This document shows positions 9,454 to 17,809 of a stretch of 64,000 nucleotides of DNA, piece by piece. The notes beneath the pieces were generated by a model, which worked only from the letters and a program-made list of their open reading frames with translations, had not been told where the DNA came from and made no database searches. The position numbers were made by a program, and so were the translations under genes. Numbering within the stretch: the first letter of the stretch is position 1; each line of letters starts with the position of its first letter. Location of the stretch: positions 997 to 64,996 of the IMG/VR virus record IMGVR_UViG_3300037420_002488, one strand, 5' to 3'. This DNA comes from a virus (Duplodnaviria; Caudoviricetes).

Positions 9454-9614
9454 TGTGGTGGTTCCTGTGCTTCGGGCAGGGCATCTGCGACCAGGTGAGG
9501 CGGCAGGCCCAGGCGTTCGGCCACGGCGGTGGCCAGCTCGTCGCGCGTCAGGTTGGGCTGCTCGGCCAACACTGCGACGGCGGTCAGGTTGATCTTGTTG
9601 CGCTCGATGATCAC
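9450..9614 (-). CDS. 54-aa protein missing from the ORF track
   Basis: GTG overlaps the rdgC stop (GTGA); its stop overlaps the next ATG; MIIERNKINLTAVAVLAEQPNLTRDELATAVAERLGLPPHLVADALPEAQEPPQ. Confidence 0.65.
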   Translation of the reverse strand: MIIERNKINLTAVAVLAEQPNLTRDELATAVAERLGLPPHLVADALPEAQEPPQ

Positions 9615-10516
9615 GCGGCGTCCTTGTGCAGCGCCTGCTCGCCGCCCAGAGCCTCGAAGAGGTCGGGCAGCAGTTGGCGCAGCTCGCCCGTGGCGATGGC
9701 GGCGTCAGCGTCGAAGGCGTCGGCGGACATGTCCTTGTTGCCCTCGAAGACCACTTCCAGGAAGGACAGCTTCTTGATCTGCATGGCGTCGGTCAAGACG
9801 AACGACACGCGGTCGCGCCAGGTCATGGCCAGCTTGGTGGGCACCTTGCCGCTGGTGATGTGCTCGCGCACCTGGTCGATGTCGAGCGGGTGGCGGCCGT
9901 ACTTCACCGTGGACTTCATCTCGTCGCACGACTTCAGCTCGCACTCGCGGTCAATTGAGAACTGATAGGGCGCCTCGCCCGTGCCCAGCCAGTGGGCCAT
10001 AGCCACGGCGGGCGACATCTCGGTTTGCACCAAGCTGAGCGCGAGGCCGTCGAGGCACTTGATCAACAGCGTGACGACCTCTTCGGCGCGGGCCTGGCTG
10101 GCGCTGTCAACGACCAGCAGGCGGGCCGTCGGGTCGATCCAGATCAGCGCGGCCGAGCGCTTCGTGAACGCCACGGGCAGCAGCTCCAGCAGGGCCTGCT
10201 CCTTGAGCTCCTTCATGACCTTCTTGCCCGGCTTGCGGCCGGTGGTCTGTTCCATCTGCTTGGCGATCTCGTCTGTGCGGCGGCGCAACACGTCGCCCGG
10301 CACCATACGTTGCTCGCTCATAAGCTTGGTAATGATCTGGCCGTCGACCGATTCAGCGATGGCGCCGTGATCTTCGCGCGGCGGCACGAAGCCAGAGGAC
10401 TTCTGCTGGGTGGGGCCGCAGGCCACGAACAGGCATGCGCGCAAGGCCTGCATGATCGCGGCCAAGTCGCCAGCCCAGCCCGGCGCAATGCGGTAGACGT
10501 TGAGTGTCTTAAGCAT
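9611..10516 (-). CDS. rdgC: Recombination-associated protein RdgC
   Basis: CGPTQQKSSGFVPP, KKVMKELKEQALLELLPVAFTK, VTKL-type KLAMTWRDRVSFVLTD, FDADAAIATGEL. Confidence 0.93.
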   Translation of the reverse strand: MLKTLNVYRIAPGWAGDLAAIMQALRACLFVACGPTQQKSSGFVPPREDHGAIAESVDGQIITKLMSEQRMVPGDVLRRRTDEIAKQMEQTTGRKPGKKVMKELKEQALLELLPVAFTKRSAALIWIDPTARLLVVDSASQARAEEVVTLLIKCLDGLALSLVQTEMSPAVAMAHWLGTGEAPYQFSIDRECELKSCDEMKSTVKYGRHPLDIDQVREHITSGKVPTKLAMTWRDRVSFVLTDAMQIKKLSFLEVVFEGNKDMSADAFDADAAIATGELRQLLPDLFEALGGEQALHKDAA

Positions 10517-10856
10517 GCTCGGGGATCTCCAGCTTATTGGCGTTGAGGAATTCGGCGCACCGGTCGATGTCCCAGTCCTTCAGCGTCTTGACGATGTCCG
10601 TGAGAAAGCACAGCACGACGACCTTGGGTCGCAGCTTGTTGATCTCTCGGCGGCACCGCTGGTCCAGCTTGACCCAGGCCCTGCTCTTGATCACGCCCCA
10701 GTCTTGAAACTCGGGCGGTAGAGTGCGGATGGATTCGCGCAGGAAGGTGCGGTACAGCTCGCGCAGCGCGTTGTCGATGCCCTTGGACACCGCGCGCATC
10801 AGCTTCTTGGATGGGGGGCGAACCGCTTTTCCCTTGACCGGCTTGGTGGTAGCCAT
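10509..10856 (-). CDS. Basic hypothetical protein
   Basis: 115 aa, overlaps the rdgC start. Confidence 0.7.
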   Translation of the reverse strand: MATTKPVKGKAVRPPSKKLMRAVSKGIDNALRELYRTFLRESIRTLPPEFQDWGVIKSRAWVKLDQRCRREINKLRPKVVVLCFLTDIVKTLKDWDIDRCAEFLNANKLEIPEHA

Positions 10857-10879
10857 GCGTGACTTTCAGCGTTGAGGGA

Positions 10880-11179
10880 TTAGGCGGTCTGCTCGGTCTG
10901 GGCGCTGTCGGCCAGGTACTTGTGCGACGTGCGGCTGGCGATGTGCTCGCCGAAGTGGCGACCCAGGGACTCAGCGCTCATGAAGCGATCGTGATCGTCC
11001 TGGCTGAAGTCGGGGTAGTGGTAGACGTGCAGCGCCGTGTCGTTGAAGCGGACCACCAATTCCTGACGTTGCGGGCAGTAGCCCAGTTGCGTGAACTTGC
11101 TCGATACGCACGGCTGCATGGCGATCTGCGGGCGCGGCAGGTGGGTGTGGTCGATTGCGGGTGTGAATTTGCGTGCCAT
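10880..11179 (-). CDS. KTSC-domain protein
   Basis: VSSKFTQLGYCPQRQELVVRF...YHYPDF...FMSAESLGRHFGEHI matches the KTSC pattern. Confidence 0.8.
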   Translation of the reverse strand: MARKFTPAIDHTHLPRPQIAMQPCVSSKFTQLGYCPQRQELVVRFNDTALHVYHYPDFSQDDHDRFMSAESLGRHFGEHIASRTSHKYLADSAQTEQTA

Positions 11180-11210
11180 GGTGGCTCCTTGAAGTGGTGG
11201 GAAGGTGGGG

Positions 11211-12536
11211 TCAGGCCACAGCGGCCAGCGACTGACCGACGAACGCGGCGCGGCGCGTCTGCAGGTCCAGGATCAGGGCGTCGAAGATGGCGGGCACGTC
11301 GCTGACGGGCCAGAAGATGCCGGTCTTCTTGGGCACAGTGACGGGCGTCATACCGAGAGCGATGAGAGAGGCCGACGTGTAGCTGTTGCCCAGCACCTTG
11401 CACAGCTCGCCGTTCGTCATGACCTCGCCGGAGTTGGCGGTGGCGCTGGTCGAAGCGGCGACAGGGGCAGGTGCTGCCTGCACGACGGCGGGCGCAGCGG
11501 CAGGTGTGCTGTCCTGGGCGATCTCGGCGCGCGCGGCATTGTTGGCCGCCACCAGGGAGGTGACGGGGGCGGTGGCCACTGGCGTGGCAGGTACTTCCAC
11601 AGGGGCGGGCGCTGGCGCCTGGGCGGCCTGCAGCTTCTCCATCTGGTCGGCCATGGCCGCCATCTGGTTGAGCTGCACCACAGTGTTGTTGCGGGCCGTG
11701 ACCAGCTCGGACGGCGCCTCGGTGTCGGCCAGCGCGATCTCGGTCAGTTTGTCGGCCTCGGTGTGGATGTGGGCGGCTGGCTTACCGAAGCACGACGAAA
11801 CCAGCGTGGTTAGGTCGGCGATCTTGCGCAGCGCCTCGGCGCGCGCGTCGTTTTCTTTGCGGATGCGCTCGTCCTCGGCGGCCTTGTCTTCGGCGGCCTT
11901 GGTGGTGTCGGCCAGGGCCTGCAGGTCGAGCAGCGCTGTGGCCTTGGCCATGTTGGCGCGCTCGGCGAACTCGGCCCAAGCGGACTCATCAATCACATAG
12001 GCGCGCAGTTGCTCGATGCCCTGCCGGATCTCGGCTGACGTCTTACCCTTGGCGCGCTCGGCGGTGGTGCGCAGCTTGTCGAGCTGAGCCTGCAGGGCAT
12101 CGACGCGGGCCTGCTCTTTGGCCTTCTCTTCGGCCAGGCGCGTTTCCTCGGCCGTGATCTTGGCGTGGTGCGGGTCTTCGATCGCCTTCAGGGCTTCAAT
12201 GATGCGCTCGCCTTCGACTTCCAATGCCTTGGTGATCTCGGCCAGGTTGCCCTTCTGTTCCTTCACGATGTGCGGCACGCGGTAGCGCGCCTGGCGGATG
12301 GCATGGCGACGTTCCTTGGCCAGGGCCAGGCCCTTCGACGTTGTGATGTCATAGTCCGTCGAGCCGTGCTGTTCACGCAGGGCGACGATGCCACGGTCGA
12401 TCGCGGAGAGCGGCGCCAGCGCGCCAGTGCGCACGGTGGCAAGTGCCACCTCTTGGGCTTTGGCATCGACCGGCTGCGCATCGATGACCTCACCCACGGC
12501 GTTGCCCTCAATGGGCAAGAGTTCAAGGGTTTCCAT
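11211..12536 (-). CDS. Long coiled-coil protein in the recombination module
   Basis: 441 aa, heptad-rich centre, Ala/Pro linker, small C-terminal domain. Confidence 0.8.
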   Translation of the reverse strand: METLELLPIEGNAVGEVIDAQPVDAKAQEVALATVRTGALAPLSAIDRGIVALREQHGSTDYDITTSKGLALAKERRHAIRQARYRVPHIVKEQKGNLAEITKALEVEGERIIEALKAIEDPHHAKITAEETRLAEEKAKEQARVDALQAQLDKLRTTAERAKGKTSAEIRQGIEQLRAYVIDESAWAEFAERANMAKATALLDLQALADTTKAAEDKAAEDERIRKENDARAEALRKIADLTTLVSSCFGKPAAHIHTEADKLTEIALADTEAPSELVTARNNTVVQLNQMAAMADQMEKLQAAQAPAPAPVEVPATPVATAPVTSLVAANNAARAEIAQDSTPAAAPAVVQAAPAPVAASTSATANSGEVMTNGELCKVLGNSYTSASLIALGMTPVTVPKKTGIFWPVSDVPAIFDALILDLQTRRAAFVGQSLAAVA

Positions 12537-12557
12537 CAGTGGTTCTCCAACTGGGTA

Positions 12558-13451
12558 TCAAAAGAATTCGGGCACCAAGGCGCTGACTTGGGCTGACGAA
12601 GTGGGAAGGGCTTTGGGGCTGGCTGGCACAGCGAGGCGCGGAGCTGCCGGTGCTGGTGGCATGGCATGGGGTGCAAGGTCTACCCATGGGGCCTGGGGCG
12701 TACCCGGGCCGCCGTGCGTACGGTCGAATTCGTTGATGACGGCCATGTAGTATCGGCGTGCAGCGAGCACCTTGTCTTCGATCAACGACTCCAGCGCGCG
12801 ATCACGCCTAACAGTCCAGGTTGTCCAGCGGTGATGCTCCGGGATGTGGTCCACGAAGTGCAGGTGCTGTGGCTCGAAGCCAATCAGATCCTCGGGCGTG
12901 CTGACCAGCACATAGTCAACACTCCAGGTCTCCGCGTCCCAAAGGCCAGCGCTCATGTAGCCTCGCATCTGCCACTCGTAGCCCGAGTCGAAGCAGTCGG
13001 CCAGTACGATGGGCATGGTGGCCATCGAATAGGGAGCTTTGATATCGCGACCGTGGCGAATGGACTCGTCCCAGATGTCGCATTCGCCGGAAATCAGACC
13101 ATTGGTGCGGCGTTCGGAGTTCTTCACCAGAGGTCGACCTGTGAGGCGGGCCAGCAGGGCGATGCACTCGTCTTCGACAGCGCGGCCCTTCAAGATCGGG
13201 CGCGTCTCGATTTCCGCCGGCTCAAAGCCATAGATGGCTTCGCGTGCGAGTTCGCGGACATGCGTCTTGCCGCCGGCGGACAGGCTCTTGCGTTTGACCT
13301 CAGCCAGGATCGACTTTTCCTCGTCGCTGCGCTTGGTTCGGCGGATGATGTCACCTACCTCGGGCGTGAGGTAGATGGGATCGATGTCGGCGTTTTCAGG
13401 CGTGGCCATCAGCCTGCCGATGCTGCTGCAACGGACGATCAGTTCGCTCAT
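12558..13451 (-). CDS. Lambda-exonuclease/YqaJ-like exonuclease
   Basis: CSSIGRLM, KGRAVEDE, GECD, RDIK, YEWQMRGYM; adjacent to ERF. Confidence 0.82.
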   Translation of the reverse strand: MSELIVRCSSIGRLMATPENADIDPIYLTPEVGDIIRRTKRSDEEKSILAEVKRKSLSAGGKTHVRELAREAIYGFEPAEIETRPILKGRAVEDECIALLARLTGRPLVKNSERRTNGLISGECDIWDESIRHGRDIKAPYSMATMPIVLADCFDSGYEWQMRGYMSAGLWDAETWSVDYVLVSTPEDLIGFEPQHLHFVDHIPEHHRWTTWTVRRDRALESLIEDKVLAARRYYMAVINEFDRTHGGPGTPQAPWVDLAPHAMPPAPAAPRLAVPASPKALPTSSAQVSALVPEFF

Positions 13452-14347
13452 GACGCACCGCCTTCGTCAACAGCCCGGGCAGCCTTGCGCATGACGCCAA
13501 AGTCGGACGTCAAGGCGGTTCGTTGTTTGGCGTCCAGTGTTGACCACCACTTGGTCAGCTCGGCCATGCCTATCTTTGCAGCAGCACTGCCGGCGTCACG
13601 CAACTGATCCAGCGGACCAGTTTCAGCATCTTGTGAAGGGTCGCCGCGTTCTTCGCGATACCCGCGAGCGCCTCGTCCATCGTTGTCCATGCCCTGTTGA
13701 GCTGTGGACGTGATCGCCAGCAGAGTGTGGCGCTCCCAGAAGGTGACCGTCGACTGAATCTCCTGGCTCGGGTTCTTGCTGCCGCTGTCGTCAGGCAAGC
13801 CACCCATCGTGATCGAGCGCGAGTGTCCAAGTCGATGGGTAAGCGTGCACTTCACGTCTATCCAGTCGACCAGTTTGCCGTTGCGCTTGATGACAGGCTC
13901 ATGATGCACGCCGAACCCACACTCGCCAAGGGCGGGCTTCAGGATGGCGCATACTTGGTCGTATTCAGACTGCCAGTAGTTGGGGCCCGGGCCGCCGCCT
14001 TTGGCGCGTTGCTGAACATGCTTGCTCTTTGGAACAACAAGGCCCTTGCTGGTGAACTTCGCAAAGTCATCGTGGAATGCCAGCTCGGCCAGGCGCAGCC
14101 GATCACGCTCTTGCGAATCTCGATAGCGCTCATCCATGACCATCAAACGCTCAAGGCGCTCGATGTCTTTGTCGCCGCTCTCCATTGCAATGCGCAGGAG
14201 ATCGGCTGGGGTGATGGAAGCCTTCGGCAATGCCTGAGTTTGAACATCTCGCTGTTGCACTACAAGCGGCTGGGCTTCGCGGGGTTCTAGGGCCATCTCA
14301 AGCGCTGTGTTCGGAGAGGCTTGCTCAATTGTTGTTGTGGCGCTCAT
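13448..14347 (-). CDS. ERF-family ssDNA annealing protein
   Basis: YDQVCAILKPALGECGFGV, CTLTH, DDSGSKNPSQEIQSTVTFWERHTL, DNDG; start MSATTT at 14347. Confidence 0.85.
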   Translation of the reverse strand: MSATTTIEQASPNTALEMALEPREAQPLVVQQRDVQTQALPKASITPADLLRIAMESGDKDIERLERLMVMDERYRDSQERDRLRLAELAFHDDFAKFTSKGLVVPKSKHVQQRAKGGGPGPNYWQSEYDQVCAILKPALGECGFGVHHEPVIKRNGKLVDWIDVKCTLTHRLGHSRSITMGGLPDDSGSKNPSQEIQSTVTFWERHTLLAITSTAQQGMDNDGRGARGYREERGDPSQDAETGPLDQLRDAGSAAAKIGMAELTKWWSTLDAKQRTALTSDFGVMRKAARAVDEGGAS

Positions 14348-14631
14348 GTGCGTGCCATCAGGTTGAAGGCCTCGCCGACTTGCGAAAGCAGGTGAACCCA
14401 GTCGATGGGAATAAGGCTCAACAGGTCCGTCCACTGGCCGGTGGCCTGCAGCAGGTCGATGCCGAAGTAGACGATCGCGCACAAGCAGCCGACGATGGCC
14501 GCGCCCGTGATCACGTTGAACCAGTCAACGAGCTCAACAAAGGACGGGAACACGGGGTAGAACGCGAAGACGTTGCGGAACACCTCGTTCACGGCGAAGC
14601 GAGCACGGCTGATGAAAAGGGAACGGCTCAT
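14344..14631 (-). CDS. Small membrane protein
   Basis: Hydrophobic segment VITGAAIVGCLCAIVYFGI; ATGA couplings. Confidence 0.6.
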   Translation of the reverse strand: MSRSLFISRARFAVNEVFRNVFAFYPVFPSFVELVDWFNVITGAAIVGCLCAIVYFGIDLLQATGQWTDLLSLIPIDWVHLLSQVGEAFNLMART

Positions 14632-14801
14632 GCGGGCACCTCCGAAACAACAGAGTTGCGGTGCACATGGGCACACTGGCCGCTGTCCAGCAGGCGCACG
14701 CGGATGCGGCCCAGGGCAGGGTACTCGGCGAGCACTTCGGCCGGCCGGTAGTGCCAGCCGCCAGTGGCGTTGGCGAAGCGAACGTGGATGGCGGCCTTCA
14801 T
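14628..14801 (-). CDS. 57-aa hypothetical protein
   Basis: ATGA coupling on both sides. Confidence 0.6.
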   Translation of the reverse strand: MKAAIHVRFANATGGWHYRPAEVLAEYPALGRIRVRLLDSGQCAHVHRNSVVSEVPA

Positions 14802-15169
14802 GCGGGCACCTGCTCGGTCTCGTGCTCGTACACCAAGCCGCAATCGCGCAGGCACTGGATCAAGGCCAGGTCGGCTTCGGTCGGATAGATGACCGAAGCA
14901 CAAGTCTGGTGGCCGCGCGATTGCGTCAAGAAAATGGTCGCGGCGCCCTTGCTGACGAAGTAGGCCTGGCGGAAGCGAAAGCTTGCATTGGCCGCGTTGT
15001 TCACGCGCAGGCCCAGGGCCTTGGCAGCTTCGATCCAGTCGGGCGCCTCGCGCTCACAGCGGATCCTGAAGCGCACGCTGGTCACGCGGCCCGGCTGGTG
15101 CACGGGGGCGGTCAGCGGGCGAGGCCGTTCCACTGGCGCGACGGCGGCGGATGTGGCCGCGACTCTCAC
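14798..15169 (-). CDS. Hypothetical phage protein
   Basis: GTGA coupling; 123 aa. Confidence 0.6.
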   Translation of the reverse strand: MRVAATSAAVAPVERPRPLTAPVHQPGRVTSVRFRIRCEREAPDWIEAAKALGLRVNNAANASFRFRQAYFVSKGAATIFLTQSRGHQTCASVIYPTEADLALIQCLRDCGLVYEHETEQVPA

Positions 15170-15396
15170 GCTGCCACCTCGTCGTTTGTGGATTGCACGC
15201 CGTTGAAGAAGCGAACCGAGCGGATCGCGTCGTTGGCGTTGCTGATGGCCGGGGCAGTGGGGCTGAATTCCGCCACGCCGCTTTCAACGAGCTGCAGATA
15301 CGCGTTCAGCTTGGTGATAGCCGCGCGCAGTTCTTTGAATGGCTTGCTGTCTTTGAAGTCGTCCTTGGCGGACGTTCCCTTGTTCTGTTCAGGCAT
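15166..15396 (-). CDS. First gene of the PL operon, 76 aa
   Basis: GGAG RBS; immediately downstream of predicted PL. Confidence 0.7.
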   Translation of the reverse strand: MPEQNKGTSAKDDFKDSKPFKELRAAITKLNAYLQLVESGVAEFSPTAPAISNANDAIRSVRFFNGVQSTNDEVAA

Positions 15397-15441
15397 GTAG
15401 CACTCCGCGTTGAGCGCACCACTATTGGTGCTGCGGAGTGA

Positions 15442-15484
15442 ACTTTAGTGGACACTTAAGTATGTGTCAAGCATTCACTTAAGT
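15442..15484 (-). promoter_or_regulatory. PL promoter with OL operators
   Basis: On the minus strand TTGACA (15470-15465), 17 bp, TAAAGT (15447-15442); ACTTAAGT at 15454 and 15477, ACTTTAGT at 15442. Confidence 0.8.
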
Positions 15485-15579
15485 TGGTTGAAATATTTTT
15501 CGCAGGCTCATTTGCATGTGTGCTGATTGCAACTATATGTAATGGGACAATGAAAGGATCACGAAAGGGAGTTGATGTA

Positions 15580-15885
15580 GTGAAGTCGAAATTTGCCGTT
15601 CTGATGTTGGTTGCCGTGCTCGCAGGATGCTCATCAGTTGGTGAGGTTCAGAGGACCAGCTTGGATACCTACGCCGTCGAATGCACTAAGGGCGGGCAGT
15701 TCTGGACCTTTGGTCCGTCGTGGATGGACGTGAAGGCCATGTGTCTCTCCCGCGCGAACGAGATTTGCTTGGGGCAAAGCAAAGTCATGATCGTCAATGG
15801 ATGGGAGACCCACGGGGCAAGAGGGTGGACGCCACTGACGGCCGAGCTGTCGTTCAAATGCATCTCGGAGCCGAAGCAGCAATGA
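15580..15885 (+). CDS. Lipoprotein, possible superinfection exclusion
   Basis: GTG start; signal peptide MKSKFAVLMLVAVLAG-C lipobox; several Cys; lies in the immunity region. Confidence 0.7.
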   Translation: MKSKFAVLMLVAVLAGCSSVGEVQRTSLDTYAVECTKGGQFWTFGPSWMDVKAMCLSRANEICLGQSKVMIVNGWETHGARGWTPLTAELSFKCISEPKQQ

Positions 15886-15915
15886 CGGTGGTAGGGCAGG
15901 GCTATGCCCCGCCGG

Positions 15916-16659
15916 TCACCTGTAGACCTTCGTCACCCGCGTAACCTTGGCCAGCACTTCGAGGCCATGTGCCTGAGAGTGCAGGGTGCCATAGGCTGCA
16001 TTCAGCGGCACGGCCTCGAATGTCTTCGAGGTAATGGCCCTGAACTCGCGCAGCAGCAAATCGCCTCCGCCCTCGCGCACCAGCACCTTGTCGCCAGCTT
16101 TGTAGATGTAGCCCTGCACACGCTGGACCATCACCTGGTCACCTGCGGTGAACTCCCCGCTCATCGAGTCGTCTGGAACCTCCACCCATATGCCCGCTTC
16201 GAGCGGCGCCAATCCTTCTTTGAGGATCGATTGCATCAACTGCTCCCAATTGAACGCAACTACTTCAGACGGTTGCGGATTGACCGGGATCATTGACCGT
16301 TTCTGTGCGGTTTGCACGGAAATGGGGCTTAAACCTGCGTTTTCGTTGGATGGAAAAGACGGCCTTTTTTGGAGATCGGAAGAGCCGGATTTGTGCACAG
16401 ACAGTCGATCATCCACGTCATCGAGGTCGTTGGTAAGGTAGCCAGATTGCATACCTTGCGCCTCGAATTCCCGCTCATACCTTAAGGCGGCAACATGCCC
16501 CATGCCGGTCCTGCGGCTGACCGATAGGTGAGCCTCCCGCGCCTTGAACTCTTTCGAGCCTTGTTCATATCCGGCTGACACCAGACATCGAACTGCTCCC
16601 CCGTGGGCTTCTACCCAGGAGTCGAGCAAGCGTCCACGAGTGGTCTTGTGTGGGTCCAT
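15916..16659 (-). CDS. CI-like repressor with S24-like C-terminal domain
   Basis: Divergent from cro; VEVPDDSM..F..GD.V.V and PLNAAY align with the lambda CI C-domain. Start may instead be 16674. Confidence 0.82.
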   Translation of the reverse strand: MDPHKTTRGRLLDSWVEAHGGAVRCLVSAGYEQGSKEFKAREAHLSVSRRTGMGHVAALRYEREFEAQGMQSGYLTNDLDDVDDRLSVHKSGSSDLQKRPSFPSNENAGLSPISVQTAQKRSMIPVNPQPSEVVAFNWEQLMQSILKEGLAPLEAGIWVEVPDDSMSGEFTAGDQVMVQRVQGYIYKAGDKVLVREGGGDLLLREFRAITSKTFEAVPLNAAYGTLHSQAHGLEVLAKVTRVTKVYR

Positions 16660-16721
16660 GCTTAAGTGTTTCATCCCAACTCAAGTAAACACTTGCGCCA
16701 AACTTAAGTGAATGATAAAGT
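16660..16721 (+). promoter_or_regulatory. PR promoter with OR operators
   Basis: TTGCGC (16693), 17 bp, TG-A-TAAAGT (16716-16721); GCTTAAGT 16660, ACTCAAGT 16679, ACTTAAGT 16702. Confidence 0.75.
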
Positions 16722-16727
16722 TGGCGA

Positions 16728-16943
16728 ATGGACTTGAATTCGTGGCTTGACAAAGAGACTGGACGCGCGGCGGCAATGGCTGCGCACTTTGATGTGTCAG
16801 AAGCAGCAGTGCATTACTGGCGATCAAAGGGTGTTCCCGTTCGTCGCATGAAATCGGTTCGTGATTACACGGACGGTGCGGTCTCGTTGGACGAGATGGT
16901 CCCCGAGTCAGGGGCAGCGGACATAGAAAGGCAGGCCGCGTGA
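16728..16943 (+). CDS. Cro-like HTH protein
   Basis: 71 aa, AAAMAAHFDVSEAAVHYWR helix-turn-helix, divergent from cI. Confidence 0.85.
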   Translation: MDLNSWLDKETGRAAAMAAHFDVSEAAVHYWRSKGVPVRRMKSVRDYTDGAVSLDEMVPESGAADIERQAA

Positions 16944-16981
16944 TGGCCGCCGCGCTGTCTTTCGCTGCCGCCGGACCTATG

Positions 16982-17347
16982 TCATGGGGCCTTGTTCGCC
17001 AATCGCGCGTTGACGTCATCCAATTGTCCTTGCAGCTTCGTGCGCTCGGCCTGAAGGCTGCGCACAAGTCCATCGCTGATTTGCTTGCTCTGACGAAATG
17101 CGTCCCAGCAGGTTTTCTGAATGATCTGGTCGTTCGGGAACTCGATGGCATCCGCCTGGCAGTCCGCTCGCTCACGGTGAACGTTGGCAGCCTGTTCGCG
17201 GATGCTGCTTTCAACGACCGCGATGCGGGTCTCAAGAGACTTGCGTTCCCGGTAGGGGGCATCAGCCAGCCAAACGCAACGCGCGACGCCTGCCACCAGC
17301 ACGGCCGCCGTGATGGCCGCCACCTTGAAGATTTTTTGTTTGTTCAT
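16982..17347 (-). CDS. Membrane-anchored coiled-coil moron protein
   Basis: AAGGAG 11 nt upstream; N-terminal TM (IFKVAAITAAVLVAGVA), two periplasm-like Cys, coiled coils. Confidence 0.65.
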   Translation of the reverse strand: MNKQKIFKVAAITAAVLVAGVARCVWLADAPYRERKSLETRIAVVESSIREQAANVHRERADCQADAIEFPNDQIIQKTCWDAFRQSKQISDGLVRSLQAERTKLQGQLDDVNARLANKAP

Positions 17348-17604
17348 GGAGCAATTGTCTCCTTCAATCCAACCCGCGTAAGCGGTTGCAGCACGGCTGA
17401 CTGCCGGTTCAAGGAGGTGGCGCGTGTTGCCTCTGAGAGTGCCCTGAACATGCGGTGTGCTGCGGAAAACACTTCGCCGCATGTTCACCTTTCGAACCAG
17501 CCCGGACTGGGAACGCGCGAATCCGGTGCAGAGGTGTGGGGTGGACACGAGCCCCATGACGGCAGGCGCTTCGGCGCCTGCCCCTCGAAGTCTTTCAGCG
17601 CCCA

Positions 17605-17760
17605 TCAATCGAGCCCCGACGCCTTTTCTTTGAGGTCGTCGGCGAGTTCTCTCATCTCCACCGCTGCGGCGGCCAGCGCCTTCAACCACATCCCCCGCAC
17701 CCAGGCTGCCGCCAGCAGGTGCGCGTCGAAAGGTTCTTCGTCCATGCCTTTGTCGTCCAT
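17605..17760 (-). CDS. 51-aa acidic protein
   Basis: GC3-biased codons; antisense to the PR operon. Confidence 0.4.
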   Translation of the reverse strand: MDDKGMDEEPFDAHLLAAAWVRGMWLKALAAAAVEMRELADDLKEKASGLD

Positions 17761-17809
17761 TGATGATCTCGCTTTCATTGGCTCTGCCCACATCGGTCAT
17801 GACCGAGAT

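Noticed and set aside
13844-13855. Partial TGCACTTC matches (also reverse at ~8390, ~12855, ~42310)
   Set aside because: Only 8 nt, inside coding regions, and lacking the TAT extension; treated as chance.
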